Both the position numbers and the translations under genes were made by a program. The notes beneath the pieces were generated by a model. The model was not told where the DNA came from. It did no database searches and saw nothing but the letters and a program-made list of their open reading frames with translations. Positions 1-12,104 of a DNA stretch of 64,000 bases are shown here, piece after piece. The DNA is from Balamuthia mandrillaris (Eukaryota): assembly GCA_031835245.2 (NCBI GenBank), contig JAVKOQ020000077.1, positions 1-64,000 on the forward strand, given 5' to 3'. Each line of letters starts with the position of its first letter. Within the stretch, counting starts at the first letter, position 1.

Positions 1-346
1 GCTTTTATAAAGGAAGAATCGGAGGGTATGTGTTGCTAGCAGCAAGGAATGAATAAATGAATGAAAGATAGCAAAAGGAAATGTTAACTGAACTTCAATG
101 CCATAGAAACCAATGCACTTTAGAAAAGGCATACTTGAATTGCCTGGTGAAAGCAGTATCTCCAGATAAGCCTTGTTTCTCAAAGAACTCTTCATCATAC
201 TCGCCACTGTTCACCTGATCTTGGACTTCCTCCAAGTGGGCTAAAGGAATCGCTTTTTCAGTATGATACAATTCCAGTTCTTCATGCATAGCTTTTGGGC
301 CAATGTGTTTCCACATTGTTATTGCTTTCTGTATTAGCAAACCAGA

Positions 347-1190
347 TTAGGAAAATGTGATCAATGTGCTCAGCTTCTAGTTCGTTTTAAACAATGCAAG
401 AGTGTAGAGGCATTGCAAGGCTTACAAAAGGAATGAAGTGATCATTTGCACTTTGTTTATGTACACAAAGAGAAGTATTACAAGCATCGTGCTAAAGCCA
501 AAGCCTCTCCTTTCAAATACATTTCCATCATTATGGATTATACAGAGGCCATTCCTCTTCCCCATCATCATACTCCCCCAAAAGGCTGGACCATCAAAAA
601 GTTTATTGGTGTCTCTTGTTTCGCACTGATAGATCATGGGCATCATCATCATTATCTGCGTTATCATTTTGATCAGTGGTCATGTGATGCCAATTTATTT
701 ATTTTACTTTCTCATGCAAACATTACAACAACCCATTTGAGCCCATCCCAACCAAACCTTCTACCTTCAAGCTGACAACTGCTATAAAGAAAACAAAAAC
801 AAGTCTTTATTGGCCTTTTTATGTTGGTTGGTGCATCTTAAGATGTTTTCCAAGATCAAACTTTGCTTTTATAAATTTGAGTAATGCTTTATGAAAGGTG
901 CATCTCAACTTTGCTTTTTGCTAGGTGGAAAAGCATTACTCAAATTTAATATTGAAACCTTAGAGCAATTCTTTACATTCATTAACTCTTCTTATTTAAC
1001 GGATGAAACTCGTCCAGAATTACATCCTTTGGAATGGGTCTGGGATTTCAAAGGTTGGTTGCATCCTTTCATGGTAACTCTTGAAGGTCATTCCCAACCT
1101 CTATTTTTCAAATTCAATTCGGGGTGCTCAATCAACTTTTTCCACTATTTTGCTTTCTTCCAAACTTTGCTTACAAGCATTGATTTATAA
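347..1190 (+). pseudogene. Degenerate Sola-like (DUF7869-type) DNA transposase remnant
   Basis: Motifs run across frames: LGKCDQC (347), YYKHRAKA..SIIMD..LP..HG..QW..DANL (446-775), FYLQADNCYKENKNKSLLAFLCWLVHLKMFSKIKLCF (from 759, other frame) and VWDFKGWLHP..LEGHSQP (891-1190). There are in-frame stops and a frameshift, and the expected GHTHEDIDQ segment is missing. Confidence 0.6.
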
Positions 1191-2366
1191 TTTACAACAC
1201 CCCTCATCCCCTTTGGATAGTAGTAGTAATAAGAAGTTTATTTGCTCTAAGAGCAACACCACACTATATAAAAAGTAAGCATTGTACATACATAGTGTAC
1301 TCTTACTTCTTATTCCCTCATCCTCAATGCCTTCCCAATTGTTATGTTAGTTCACAAGTGAAAGGTGTTGAATGAGCTTTCAGACTAACTTTGTATCATC
1401 TAGCTATCCTTTTCTTCCCCTTTTCCTCTCTTATCATTTCCTTACTTTTACATTACTTCCAAAGATTGATAAAATGCAAAAGAACTTCCATACTTCCAAC
1501 TTGCTCTTGCTGCCTATAATCTCCAGACTCGTTTACAACTCTGCTTACAATGCTCCATCTCTTGAGCTCTGTTGCATTTCTTTCCACTATAATTAGCTTT
1601 CTGACTTGTTCTTCATCTCCATTGTCCACATTCCAGATTCTAAAACGATCTTCCCAAAGATTTGGACATCTTAATAGGAAGTGTTCTGCTGTTTCTTCCT
1701 CAGCATTGCATGCAGGGCACATACTGTCCTCTTCAGACTGCTGAATGGCTCCCCACTTTTTTCCAATGGGCAGTCCACCACAGTGAATAGCATTCATCAA
1801 TCGTTCCTTCCTTGGGTTGGTAATCACTAAGCTCCATTGTTGTCCAACCAAACATCTTCCATTTGTCAGGAAGTTATGCCAAAGCCATGCTCTTGTTCCT
1901 CTTTCTCCTTTAACTGCATACTCTGCCTTGGCTACTCGAGTTAAGATCCTCATCCTCTTGGCTTTCTTTTCAATGTCACTCATCCCTTCACTTCCCTCAC
2001 CTTCTCTCTTCTCACCTTCCTCTTCCCTTGCTTGGCTTATCTCTTCCAGAAGCTCAAAGTGGCCATCTTGCCTCTCAGCATGGCGAATTACTGCTTGCCT
2101 TTCCAACTCACAGTAGGCCTTGATAGTCAACCAGCCCAATTCTGCTCTACAAACCCCTGCCACAGTCCTTCAATGGACTTGCAATACACTTCTTGCTGTC
2201 TCATTCCACACAGCTTCGATATTCTTCCACCATGATTTGGTGGAAAGCTCTGTCATGCAAAGTCCATATGACAAGGTAGACTTGACAATGGCCTCTGCAG
2301 CAATCTGGGCAGTACATGTACCCAGGCCTTGAGCAATGGCTCCCTGCTGTCTGAGGCTGTAGAGGG

Positions 2367-2635
2367 TGTTGAGAATTACTCTCAACATATTAGTTCCGTT
2401 GCCCCTTTCCTTTCCTTTCCTTTCTGTCGACATCTGCAACATGGACCAATCGCCTGTTGCCACATCGCTAGGCTTCTTCCTTTTATTCCGCTTGCTTCCT
2501 TCTCCCTTTCTTTTAGTTAGTTAGTTTTGTTTAGTTCACACCACACCTTTCTCTCCTGACACTCTTTGTTCCTTTGTTCCCTCTTGAATAATACGTTTTG
2601 GCCCCATCCGTTCGTGTTATTCGCCCTTTCTAACA
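2367..2635 (+). mobile_element. Solo LTR (269 bp) inserted in LINE copy 1 with 4-bp TSD AGGG
   Basis: Starts TGTTGAGAA and ends TTCTAACA, with AGGG at 2363-2366 and 2636-2639. Removing it restores colinearity with LINE copy 2 (ctgaggctgt-aaaaagc-ttg, ~6548-6567). Confidence 0.85.
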
Positions 2636-3797
2636 AGGGCTTGCTTGGCCTTGGTGATCCTCTCCTTGGCATGGGTTGTCCACTCACCACTTTCTTCAAA
2701 CCACAGTCCCAGGTACTTGGCCTCCTTCACACGTTTCACAGCTTCCCCCTTTAGTCTCCACTCTTGGAAGCAAGCCTTCTTTCCTTGTACTAGCACCACT
2801 GATTTCTTTGCATTGAACTGAAGTCCCAGAGCATTCACTGCCTCCACTGCCACATTCAGTCTTCTTTGAAGCTCAAAAGGATCGCTGGCCACCACTGCCA
2901 AATCATCTGCAAACAACAAGCAAACATTCCTTGCTTTATCTCCTCTTTCCTTTTCCTCTGCCACTCGTAGCTTTCTTGCCACCACGTCAATATACACATT
3001 GAATAAGAAGGGAGACAAAACTCCTCCTTGCTTAACTCCTCTTTCTACCAGAAATTCCTCAGAGAGTTGCCCATTCATGCAAATGACACTTGTCATACCA
3101 CAGTACCACTCTGCAATGATGCCCACTGCTGCCTCTTCTGCTCCTCTTTTGCGCAATGTCCTTGCCAGTATGTCATGGTCAAGCATGTCATATGCCTTGC
3201 TGATATCCAACAGAGCAATATAAGTATGTTCTTTGCTTCTCTTCATCAGGCATTTCTTCAACCACCACACTTGATCCATGACTCCTCTTCCTTTTCTAAA
3301 TCCGCCCTGGCAATCACTTATCCACCCTTGCTCTCTTGCTTGCATGTTCAACTGCACCAAGATAGCTCCCTCAAACACCTTGGCTGCGTTGCATAAGAGG
3401 GTAATTCCTCTATAGTTTGCTGGGTTCTGGGGATCTCCTGCCTTATGCAATGGGATAACCACCCCCTGTTTCCACTCCTTGGGGAACACGCCTTGGTTCT
3501 CAACGGCCTTGATCAGTGTCCAAATTGCGTCTTGCACATGTTTACCTCCATACTTCATCATTTCCCCATCAATATTATCCACTCCAGGTGCTTTGCCCAC
3601 CCTCAATCTTTTCCTCCATGCAAGATTAAAGCTCTCCTTCTTAAGCCAGTTGCTGCCAGACCAAGACGGTCCTTCTGGACCTGCTTCCTCTCAATGCAAG
3701 CTCCCGATGGAAGAATCCTTCCTCCCCAGCTTTGCCCAATGTTCCTTGAAGGCTGCCATGCTACCATGGTGCTTAATAACAGCTTTGGGCTCTGCTC

Positions 3798-4151
3798 TGT
3801 TAGAACCTGAGCATAGAACCAAGACAGGAACCAAGAGAAAGACGGGAGCCAAACGTATTTAATGAGAGGAAGAAAACAAGTGTGTTTGTGAGTGTGTTGT
3901 TTCTTCGTTCATTCGTCTGTGTGTTCTTGGTTGTGGGAAAAGTATTTATAGTTGAGAAGGCAACCAAGGAAGGAAAGGGGCTCGGGGTTGGGGAGTGACT
4001 TCTTGGTTTCTTTGTTCTTAAGTTCTAGGCTCGGGAAAGTTCCAGGGAAGGCAGGAGAAAGATCTTCGGAATGGCTCGGTGTCAACATAAAAGATCGATG
4101 ATAGCTGACGTGAGATTGTCGACAGAAAAGAGAAAAGAAACGAAGAAAGAA
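3798..4151 (-). mobile_element. LTR plus short internal flank of the Gypsy element, inserted in LINE copy 1
   Basis: Begins TGTTAGAA and is similar to 8468-8817. The LTR end is probably TGTCAACA at 4087 (alternative TGTCGACA at 4124). LINE sequence resumes at ~4152. Confidence 0.75.
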
Positions 4152-6344
4152 ATGATGTTTCCCTGAAAGCCCTCTCGAATGAAGAACCCTGCGCCACCCC
4201 TTCCATAGCCACTCCTCCCTGGAGCAGCCCCTCCACCCATCCACCTATACCCCTCCAAGTGCGGGGCAACCATCCTCCTATGTTCGCATACTCCAACAAT
4301 GTCAAATTGCTTACTGTCCGCCCAATAGCTGACCAATTCCTCTTGTCCCCAGCCTCTAGAGTTGACAAATACTACTGAAGTCATTGGGTCTCCTCCCCTT
4401 CCTCATCCACAATGTCAGACCAGTTGGCAGCACCGTGATGCTCCTCCTCGGCCAGCACAAAGCCAGAGAGTTCCAACGAGCTGTCCAAAGCCACTGTTCC
4501 AATATTTGTTGGTTGAATCCAACCTCAAGAATAAAAGAGTCGGTGACGAGACAAGAAGTGTATTCAAGAGAATAGAGGAAGGACAACGGGAGTGAATCTC
4601 CGACGTTGCTTCAAAGTACACCGAGAGAAAAGGGAAAAGGGAGAAGGGAAGGATGGAGGATACAAAAGAAAGGAGAGCTGAGGGTCCGGGACGGATCCAA
4701 CATGAGGAGTCTTGAGATAAGTGTTGGTGATTTTACCAACATATTCTCCTCCTTTTCCTTCCTCTTCTCCCTATTTCTTTGCTCTTTAGGCTTCCACAGC
4801 GGTTTGCCTTCATTCTTGGCTTCTTCGATTTGGGCTTTGCCCACCCACCAGCGAGTGAAAGCATACAGCCTGGTTCTTTCCGCAATAATGTCTTCAGCAG
4901 CCTGGGCCGTCTCTAGAGTAACTCCCCAATGCTGCATGCCATTCTTCTCTCCTACTTTCTGCACTTCGACATGCTTGAGCCCCAACTCGAAGATCCTCTT
5001 GCACACTTTTTCCTTCTTAAGGTCCTTACTGCTCACCACAATCAATCTACCCTCCACAGCCCCTACCTTGGAGTAGGGACTGGCAAAGCCATACTATGGT
5101 TTTACTGTAGACCAATAGTTTGGGTTGGTTACTGTATCCTTGGTCCATGTCCTCCTGTATATGTTGGAGTTATCCTGCCAACATATCTCTTGATTTTTTG
5201 CCATTTCTTCCTTCCAGTATTCCAAGCTTAGTGCGCTAGCTGTAGTTACTGTTGGAGGGAAATTCCTTTCTGCAGTAATCTGGTCACACCGCAGAGCAGA
5301 TCTGACCACCTCTGTGTATGACCGTTGATAATGGGCACCCAGAGCAGGATTGTCTTTGGTACCTTGTGCACTTCCTTTTTCCTCCATCATAAGATTATTA
5401 ATCTCCTGGTTGAGAGAATCAATCAGGTCCCTGAATCATACAATCACTGCGAGTGAAAGTACGCCTGCCTCGGAGAGCTTACCACACTCGCAAAAAACAC
5501 TGCTAATACAATTGAACAGCAGTGCCACTTGACTGTTGGTTCGCACCTTAGCGTCATCCACACTGACTGAGTCCGAATCAATCTTCCTCTCAGGCACAAC
5601 ACTGGTCCCTTCCTCTTGGAGGGGCGAATCCACTACCGAGTTACGCTGATCCTCTGCACCTCTGTCGTCCTCCTCCTTTTGGTTAGCCCTTTGGGAAGGG
5701 AGGAACTTGACTGTGGTAGTATTTAGGTGCCCATACTTTTCCACCGCCAGCTTAAACGCTTCCTCCAAAAACTGATTTAACTTGTCCCCTTTGACAAAAC
5801 ATTCAGGGATCTTTGCCTCTTTTTGCATGGCTTGCAAAGCAGGCTTCCACGAATGATTACCATTTAGGGTCCCCAGTCTAAGACGTTCCTTCATGGCCAG
5901 ATCCACCCATCGACACAGGACCTGTTCCCTCTCCTGACTATCAATCAATTCAGTGCTCTTGCGTGTCAGTGCCCTATTTTTCCGCATTTTTCTCCCCTGT
6001 GGCTTTTCTATAAGCCTGGACCAAGTCCAGAGCACTGGTAATGTTGCATTCAGGCTCTTGAGTGTTGTAGTAGTTAGAAAAACCTTTTGACTTCAACTAT
6101 ACTCAAGCCTTGGTTAGTACCTTTGAAGTTTCTTTGACATTATCTTAGAGTGAATGAGTACCAGGTTGCCGACCTTAAACTCTTCCTTCAGCTCTTCATA
6201 TTACTTCTTCATCTTCTTTTTTTTGCATTGCAGGAAGCTTCATCAAATGTATCCTTTCTTGCTTTTATCAACACATTTCTTTTCTAAGTACTCTCTCATC
6301 CAGTACTCTTGGCTTGCAGTGCTCTTGATTTGAAGTTGAAGTGT

Positions 6345-8447
6345 TTGTACAAACCCCTGCCACAGTCCTTTGACGAACTTGCAATACACATCTTGTTGTC
6401 TCATTTCACACAGCTTCAAATTTCTTCCTCCATGATTAGGAAACCTCTGTCATGCATAGTCTATATGACAAATTAGACTTGATAATAGCCTCTGCAGCAA
6501 TCTGGGCAGTGCGTGTACCAAGGCCTTGAGCAATGGCTCCCTGCTGTCTGAGGCTGTAAAAAGCTTGTTTGGCCTTGCTGATCCTCTCCTTTGCATGAGT
6601 TGTCCACTTACCAACCACAGTTCCAGGTACTTGGCCTTGTTCACATGTTTCACATTGAAAGCCAACCTTCTTTCCTTGTACTAGCACCACTGATTTCTTT
6701 GCATTGCACTGAAGTCCCAGAGCATTCACAGCCACATTCAATCTTCTTTGAAGCTCAAAAGAATCATTGGCCACCACTGTCAAATCATTTGCAAACAACA
6801 TGCAAACATTCCTTGCTTTATCTCCTCTTTCCTTCTTCTCTGTCATTTCTAGGGTTTATTGCTACCACATCAATATACACATTGAACAAGAAGGGAGATA
6901 CAACTCCTCCTTGCTTAACTCCTCTTTCTCCCAGAAATTCTTCAGAGACCAGGCCTGTTCCTGTGAATGACACTGGTAATACCACTCTACCACTTTGTAA
7001 TAATGCCCACTGCTGCCTCTTTTGCTCACGGTCAAGCATGTCATATGCCTTGTTGATATCCAACAGAGCAATATAAGTATGTTTTCATCAGGCATTTCTT
7101 CAACTGCCACACTTGATCCATAACTTCCCTTCCTTTTCTAAATCCTCCTTGGCAATCAGTTACCCACCCTTGCTCTCTTGCCTGTATGGTCAGCTGCACC
7201 AAGATAGCTCCCTCAAACACCTTGGCTGCATTGCACTCTATAGTTTAGCAAGGGGATCTCCTGCCTTATTCAAGGGGATTACCACCCCCTGTTTTCACTC
7301 TTTGGAAAAAACGCCTTGGTTCTCAATGGCCTTGATCAGCATCCAAGTTATGTCTTGCACATGTTTACCTCCATACTTCATCATTTTTTCATCAATATCA
7401 TCCACTATAGCAACTTTGCTTACCCTCCCTCAATCTTTTCCTCTCAATGGAAGAATCCTTCCTTCCCAGCTTTGCCCGATGTTCCTTGAAAGCTGACATG
7501 TTACTGTGGTGCTCCGTAATTGCTATAGGCTCTGCTCTATGCTGTTTCACTATCCTTCACATGTTGCCAATCCATTTCTGCATATCCTTGATGTTCTCTT
7601 GTCTTCTTCACTTCATTTATTCCCATTTGGCTCTTCATAACTTCACAAACCTTTTCCTGGCTTGCTCCAAAGATCTTCAACTATATACTATAGGAACTAT
7701 ATACCATACTGTCCCTCTTGCATTTTTCTCACCATGGCATTCCATTTCTCTCCTTTGAAGGAGTGCTTGCACCCACCTCTACCTTTTACTTGTGATCTTC
7801 CTCTGAGTAGGACTTCCACTTTCATCATTCCATCCAAACCTCATTGCAATTATCTGCTGAATCCTTCAACTTGACTACCATGCTTGCCACCCATTGCCTG
7901 CTACCTTGCTAGTCAACTAGAGGGACAGAGTTGCATCTTTGTGATTGGTATAATGTATCTCCCTCTAGGAGGTACTATGGACTTTAAGGTCGCCTTAGTT
8001 GCAATTAAGAAGAGAATCCTAAAGGAAGGAAGATCCCTGATTATTGAAGGAAACTGGAATGCCAAGGTTGAAAAGTAGATTCACCATTTGAAATGCTAAT
8101 GTTCACATGGAGAGCTGGAAAACAAAAGATCACTGTGGACTATGACTTTTTTCCTTTCTCTGATGTTACCCTTGAAGCCCTCTCAAAAGAAGAACCCTGT
8201 ACTACTCTTTCCATTGCCACTCTCCTCTAAAGCAGCCCCTCTATCCACCAATACTCCTTTAAGCAAGGGGCAACCATCTTCCTATGTTTGTATCCTTTGA
8301 TAATGTTAAATTGCTTACTGTCAGCCCAATGGCTGACCAATTTCTCTTGTCTCCAGTTCATTGAGTCTCCTTCCCTTTTTCATCCACAATGTCAGACCAG
8401 TTGACAGCACCATGATGCTTTTTCACAGCCAGTGTAATGCCAGGGAG
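6345..8447 (-). mobile_element. LINE copy 2, heavily degenerate (endonuclease-RT region)
   Basis: Colinear similarity to 2146-4470 without the LTR insertions. Broken ORFs retain ERGVKQGGVVSPFLFNVYID and LFAND. Confidence 0.85.
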
Positions 8448-8467
8448 GAAAAGTCTTGGCTGTGGTA

Positions 8468-9600
8468 TGTTAAAACTTGAGCATAGAACCAAGAGAGGAA
8501 CAAAGAGAAAGACGGGAGCCAACTGTATTTAATGAGAAGAAGAGAACAAGTGTGTTTGTAAGTGTATTGTTGTTGCTTTGTTCCTGCCATTTGTTTTTGT
8601 TGTGGGAAAAGTATTTATAGTTGAGAAAATGACAACCAAGGAAGGAAAGAGGCTTGAGGAACTGACTTCCTGGTTTCTCTGTTCTTAAGTTCTAGGCTTA
8701 GGAAAGTTCCAGGGAAGGCAGGAGAAAGATCTTTGGAAGGGCTTGATGTTGACATAAAAGATTGATGACAGCTAACATGAAATTGTTGACAGAAAAGAGA
8801 AAAGAATGAAGAAAGAATTCAAGAAAGAGTTGGTTATGTTGGCAGTTGCCAACATCACTTCCTCTTTACGAAGAGGTGATATACCTTCCTTACACATATG
8901 TTTCCAATAATGTCAATAGTGTGGTAATCATTGAAGTGACATGGAGGTTCCCAGGAGTCACCTCCAGGGCTGTAGCCTTTCCAGTGGACCAGATACTTAC
9001 AATTATGGGCAGAACCATGATGAAGTGAACCTCATAGCATTTTGAAGCAGGATCAGCAGAGTCCAAAGAAGAGGAAGGGAAAGAAAGTGGCTTGGGTGAA
9101 TAAACCTTCTTTAAGAGGGAAGGCAAAACCATTTCAGGAACAAGTTGACATGTGAAATCTTCTGGGTGGAAAGCACAGTGATGAGTACATTTGATGACTC
9201 AGAAAGGACCAAGGTACTTGGGATTAGTTTTAGCATTTGCACCAGAGTTTCAAAGCATTTCAGTGCCACCAGGAGCAAAGGAAATGAGAGGAGCTTTCTT
9301 ATTGAACAAGTCAGTAATCTTGTTGAAACCAAAATCGCAGATAAACTGGTATAGAACTTGAGCAGTGGCAAGAGTGCTTTTGTTGGAGACTTGAAGAAGA
9401 GTGAAGCAAGTAGCCATATTAACTAGCACCATTATGTAGGAAAAGCCATGTTCGTTAGAAGGAAGAGAACTGAAGAGGTTGATAGCAATGTAGTCAAATG
9501 GATAAGTAGTGGTAATGGTCTTCATGGGATGAAAGCCATGTTTAGCCACATTGAAACATCAGCAAGCATCACAAGAGTGCATGAAGAAGTAACAGTCAGA
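8468..9600 (-). mobile_element. Gypsy/Ty3 (chromovirus-like) LTR retrotransposon 3' remnant: integrase, chromodomain and LTR
   Basis: Minus-strand SCDAC*CFNVAKHGFHPMKTITTTYPFDYIAINLF..FSYIMVLV..TAQVLYQFICDFGF (integrase Zn finger and core start, ~9250-9577). YLVHWKGYSPGGDSWEP chromodomain at 8946-8996. LTR 8468-~8754 (TGTTAAAA...TGTTGACA). Confidence 0.8.
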
Positions 9601-9739
9601 GCAGAAGAGAAGGCCAGATGTATCCTTCTTTTCAAATTCAATTGAAGATAAAGAAGTCACCTTCATGAGTTTCAGAATGAAACTTTTGAAGAAGTTCTTT
9701 TTGTTGCTCCATCACAGCCAACAGGTACTTTTTTACCAC

Positions 9740-10378
9740 TAACTTAAATGCTTTCTCCAAAAACTGATTTATCTTGTCCCTTTGACAAAACACTTAGGCA
9801 TCCTTTCCCCTTTTTGCACCACTTGAGACTGGAAAGAGTGACAAACACCTAACTTCACTTAAGTAGAACTAGAGAGACAGAGTTGCATCTTTTAAATAAG
9901 TGTAGTGTATCTCCCTTTAGGAGGTACTGTGGACTTTAAGGTCGCCTTGGCTGTGATTGAAAAAAATCCTGGATGTGGTCAAGGAAGGAGGACCCCTGAT
10001 TATTGGAGGAGAATGGAATGCCAGGGTTGAAAGGGGCTGAACTCAAGAAAAGGAAGGATGTAGGATACAAATCCAACGTGAGGAGTCTAGAGATAAATGT
10101 TGGTGATTTTACTAACTCTTTTTCCCCTTCCCCTTGGTATACTCAAAAGCAATGACAAATTCCCCTCTAGTTGTTTTTCTTTCTTTCTGGAATACAATCC
10201 TTTTTGATAATTTGTCCCTTTTTTTTAAAGTTGGACTTGACCAAAAGGAATTACTCTCCTATGCAATGCAGCCAAGGAGTTTGAGGGAGCTATCATGGTG
10301 CAGTTGACCATACAAGCAAGAGAGCAAGGATTATTAAGTGATTGCCTGGGCGGATTTAGAAAGAAAGAGGAGTCATGG
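9740..10378. mobile_element. Scrambled fragments of the same LINE family, one inverted
   Basis: ~9741-9830 resembles ~5750-5835. ~9870-10030 resembles ~7915-8075. ~10070-10115 resembles ~4695-4740. ~10261-10378 is the reverse complement of RT region ~3277-3393. Confidence 0.7.
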
Positions 10379-12104
10379 GCCTGATTAGTCAACATTATTG
10401 CCATTACAGTGTATCATCGATGGAAGGGATGTTTGGCTAATTACCTCAAACATCACTTGAGCAAGTTTGCAAATACCTGTCCAAAGCAGTAGTTATCATT
10501 CACAAAGTTTCTGTTAATCTTCATATTCTTCAGCTGGCTGTTCTGTTGAATCAGTATGAGTTCATATTGTTCATTGGGGAAGAAAGCTGCACAGCTCAAC
10601 ACATCAACTAGTGACCACAACAGAAGGCCTGTTGAACTGCATGCTCAAGGACAGCAAAAGCCACTTAAAAGTCTTTCTATTAGTCTGTCCATCCTTTATA
10701 GTGTTGGTTTTTTCTGTACTGTGGCAAAAATGAGAAAATGGAGTTAAATTGTGGAAGAGTGGAAGAGCAGTTTCTTTGGTTCACTTCAATTTCTTCCTTC
10801 TCAAGATTTAGGTATGTTTATCAACACTAAGGAACCCTCAGTTTTGTAATATTTATGCCTCTTTTCTTTTTCTTTGGTGTAGTTGTTCATGTTTTATTAG
10901 AAGAAGTTGGAAAAGTGTGAAGGTGGAACAGTGGCTTTTCTGCTTTACTTACTGCCACTATAACAAAAAGACTCAAACCCAAGCATCAGCCAGTCAACTT
11001 GTGCGAGGAGCAACTTTTGTGCAGGACAGTTGTACATTTAACACATGTTAACTAGAGTCATGATATAATGTTTTGGTGTAATTGTGTTTCACACAACTTA
11101 ATAACAAAAAAACACCCATGAAGGAAGTGGCTTGATATAAAGAACTGATGACAGCACTAAACCAAGGTGTTGTTTGATAGGAACTAGAATCTTTTACTGT
11201 TAAAGTTTATCTTTCTAGATGGTTCTCTGCTTGCTATTGCATTATATCACAATGAAATTACTGTATAGGATAACTTTGCAGCCCTGTGCTACCTGAGAGG
11301 AATTATTTCAATGTGTCATGAATGCAAACTATTGCTTACTTTTGGCTTTATCAAATATGCAAGAAATAATTTTGTATGCAAAGGTAGTTAAGATAACCTC
11401 TCAAAGTCACTAAAAGAGGTCAGTTAAACAAGGAAGAAGAACATATGATAACTATTATGTATTATAGAAAATATAAATAAAGACAAAGAAGAAAATAATT
11501 AATTTACAAACCAAGTTTAAAAGCTGATTCAACACTCTATTAAACCATTCTTCCATAAGAGGTATTATATCTCTCCTTGTAAATATATCTCTTTCTTTTA
11601 TTCTATTAAAGGTCTTTTCCCTATGTCCATCAGGTTAGTATCTATTAAGTTGTTCTCCTATCAGCCTTATCAAAACTCTTATCCCTTGTGTATGACAAGG
11701 AAAGCTTAAGGCTAAGAAAGTAAAAAAAGTAAATATATATACCAAGTATACAATTCTTATGTATGATTAAGTGTTGCTCTTGAGCAAATGCAAATAACTA
11801 TGTTACTTTTATTTTATTTGTTTTCTAAAACAAACAAACAAAGAGAAGATATGTTATTATCCTGCTATGGGATGGACCTTAGGCATTTAAATCATGTTGT
11901 AAAGTATTTATAATCAACCAAGTAAACCATTAACACAATCGGATTATTTTATCATTAACTTCTCAACTAGGACCTCGGTTTCCTTAGTGGCATTGAGGGG
12001 TCATTGTGAATAAGCGTGAAAATTCAAAGAATGCAAAGCGCCCACAAGGAGCGAAAAGCATTTGAAAAATGCAAAGAATGCAAACAAGTTGCTCTCGGAA
12101 AGAG

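Larger units (their letters stand above)
1453..6035 (-). mobile_element. Non-LTR retrotransposon (LINE; APE endonuclease-RT-CCHC) copy 1, disrupted by two LTR insertions and frameshifts
   Basis: APE N-terminus VVFVNSRG..DIVGVCEH..GRGGAGFFI (4082-4384). RT motifs GKAPGVDNI, NYRGITLL, QGGFRKGRG, LDISKAYD, RGVKQGGVLSPFLFN, LFADD and KYLG (2617-3606). C-terminal CPAC..ETAEHFLLRC (1453-2163). Broken ORF1-like ORFs at 4611-6035. Element ends are approximate. Confidence 0.9.

Noticed and set aside
6060..6340. Possible extra integrase C-terminal fragment (EFKVGNLVLI on the minus strand)
   Set aside because: Too short and degenerate to support a call.
10400..11900. AT-rich stretch possibly containing older TE remains
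   Set aside because: No recognisable motif or repeat partner within the window.
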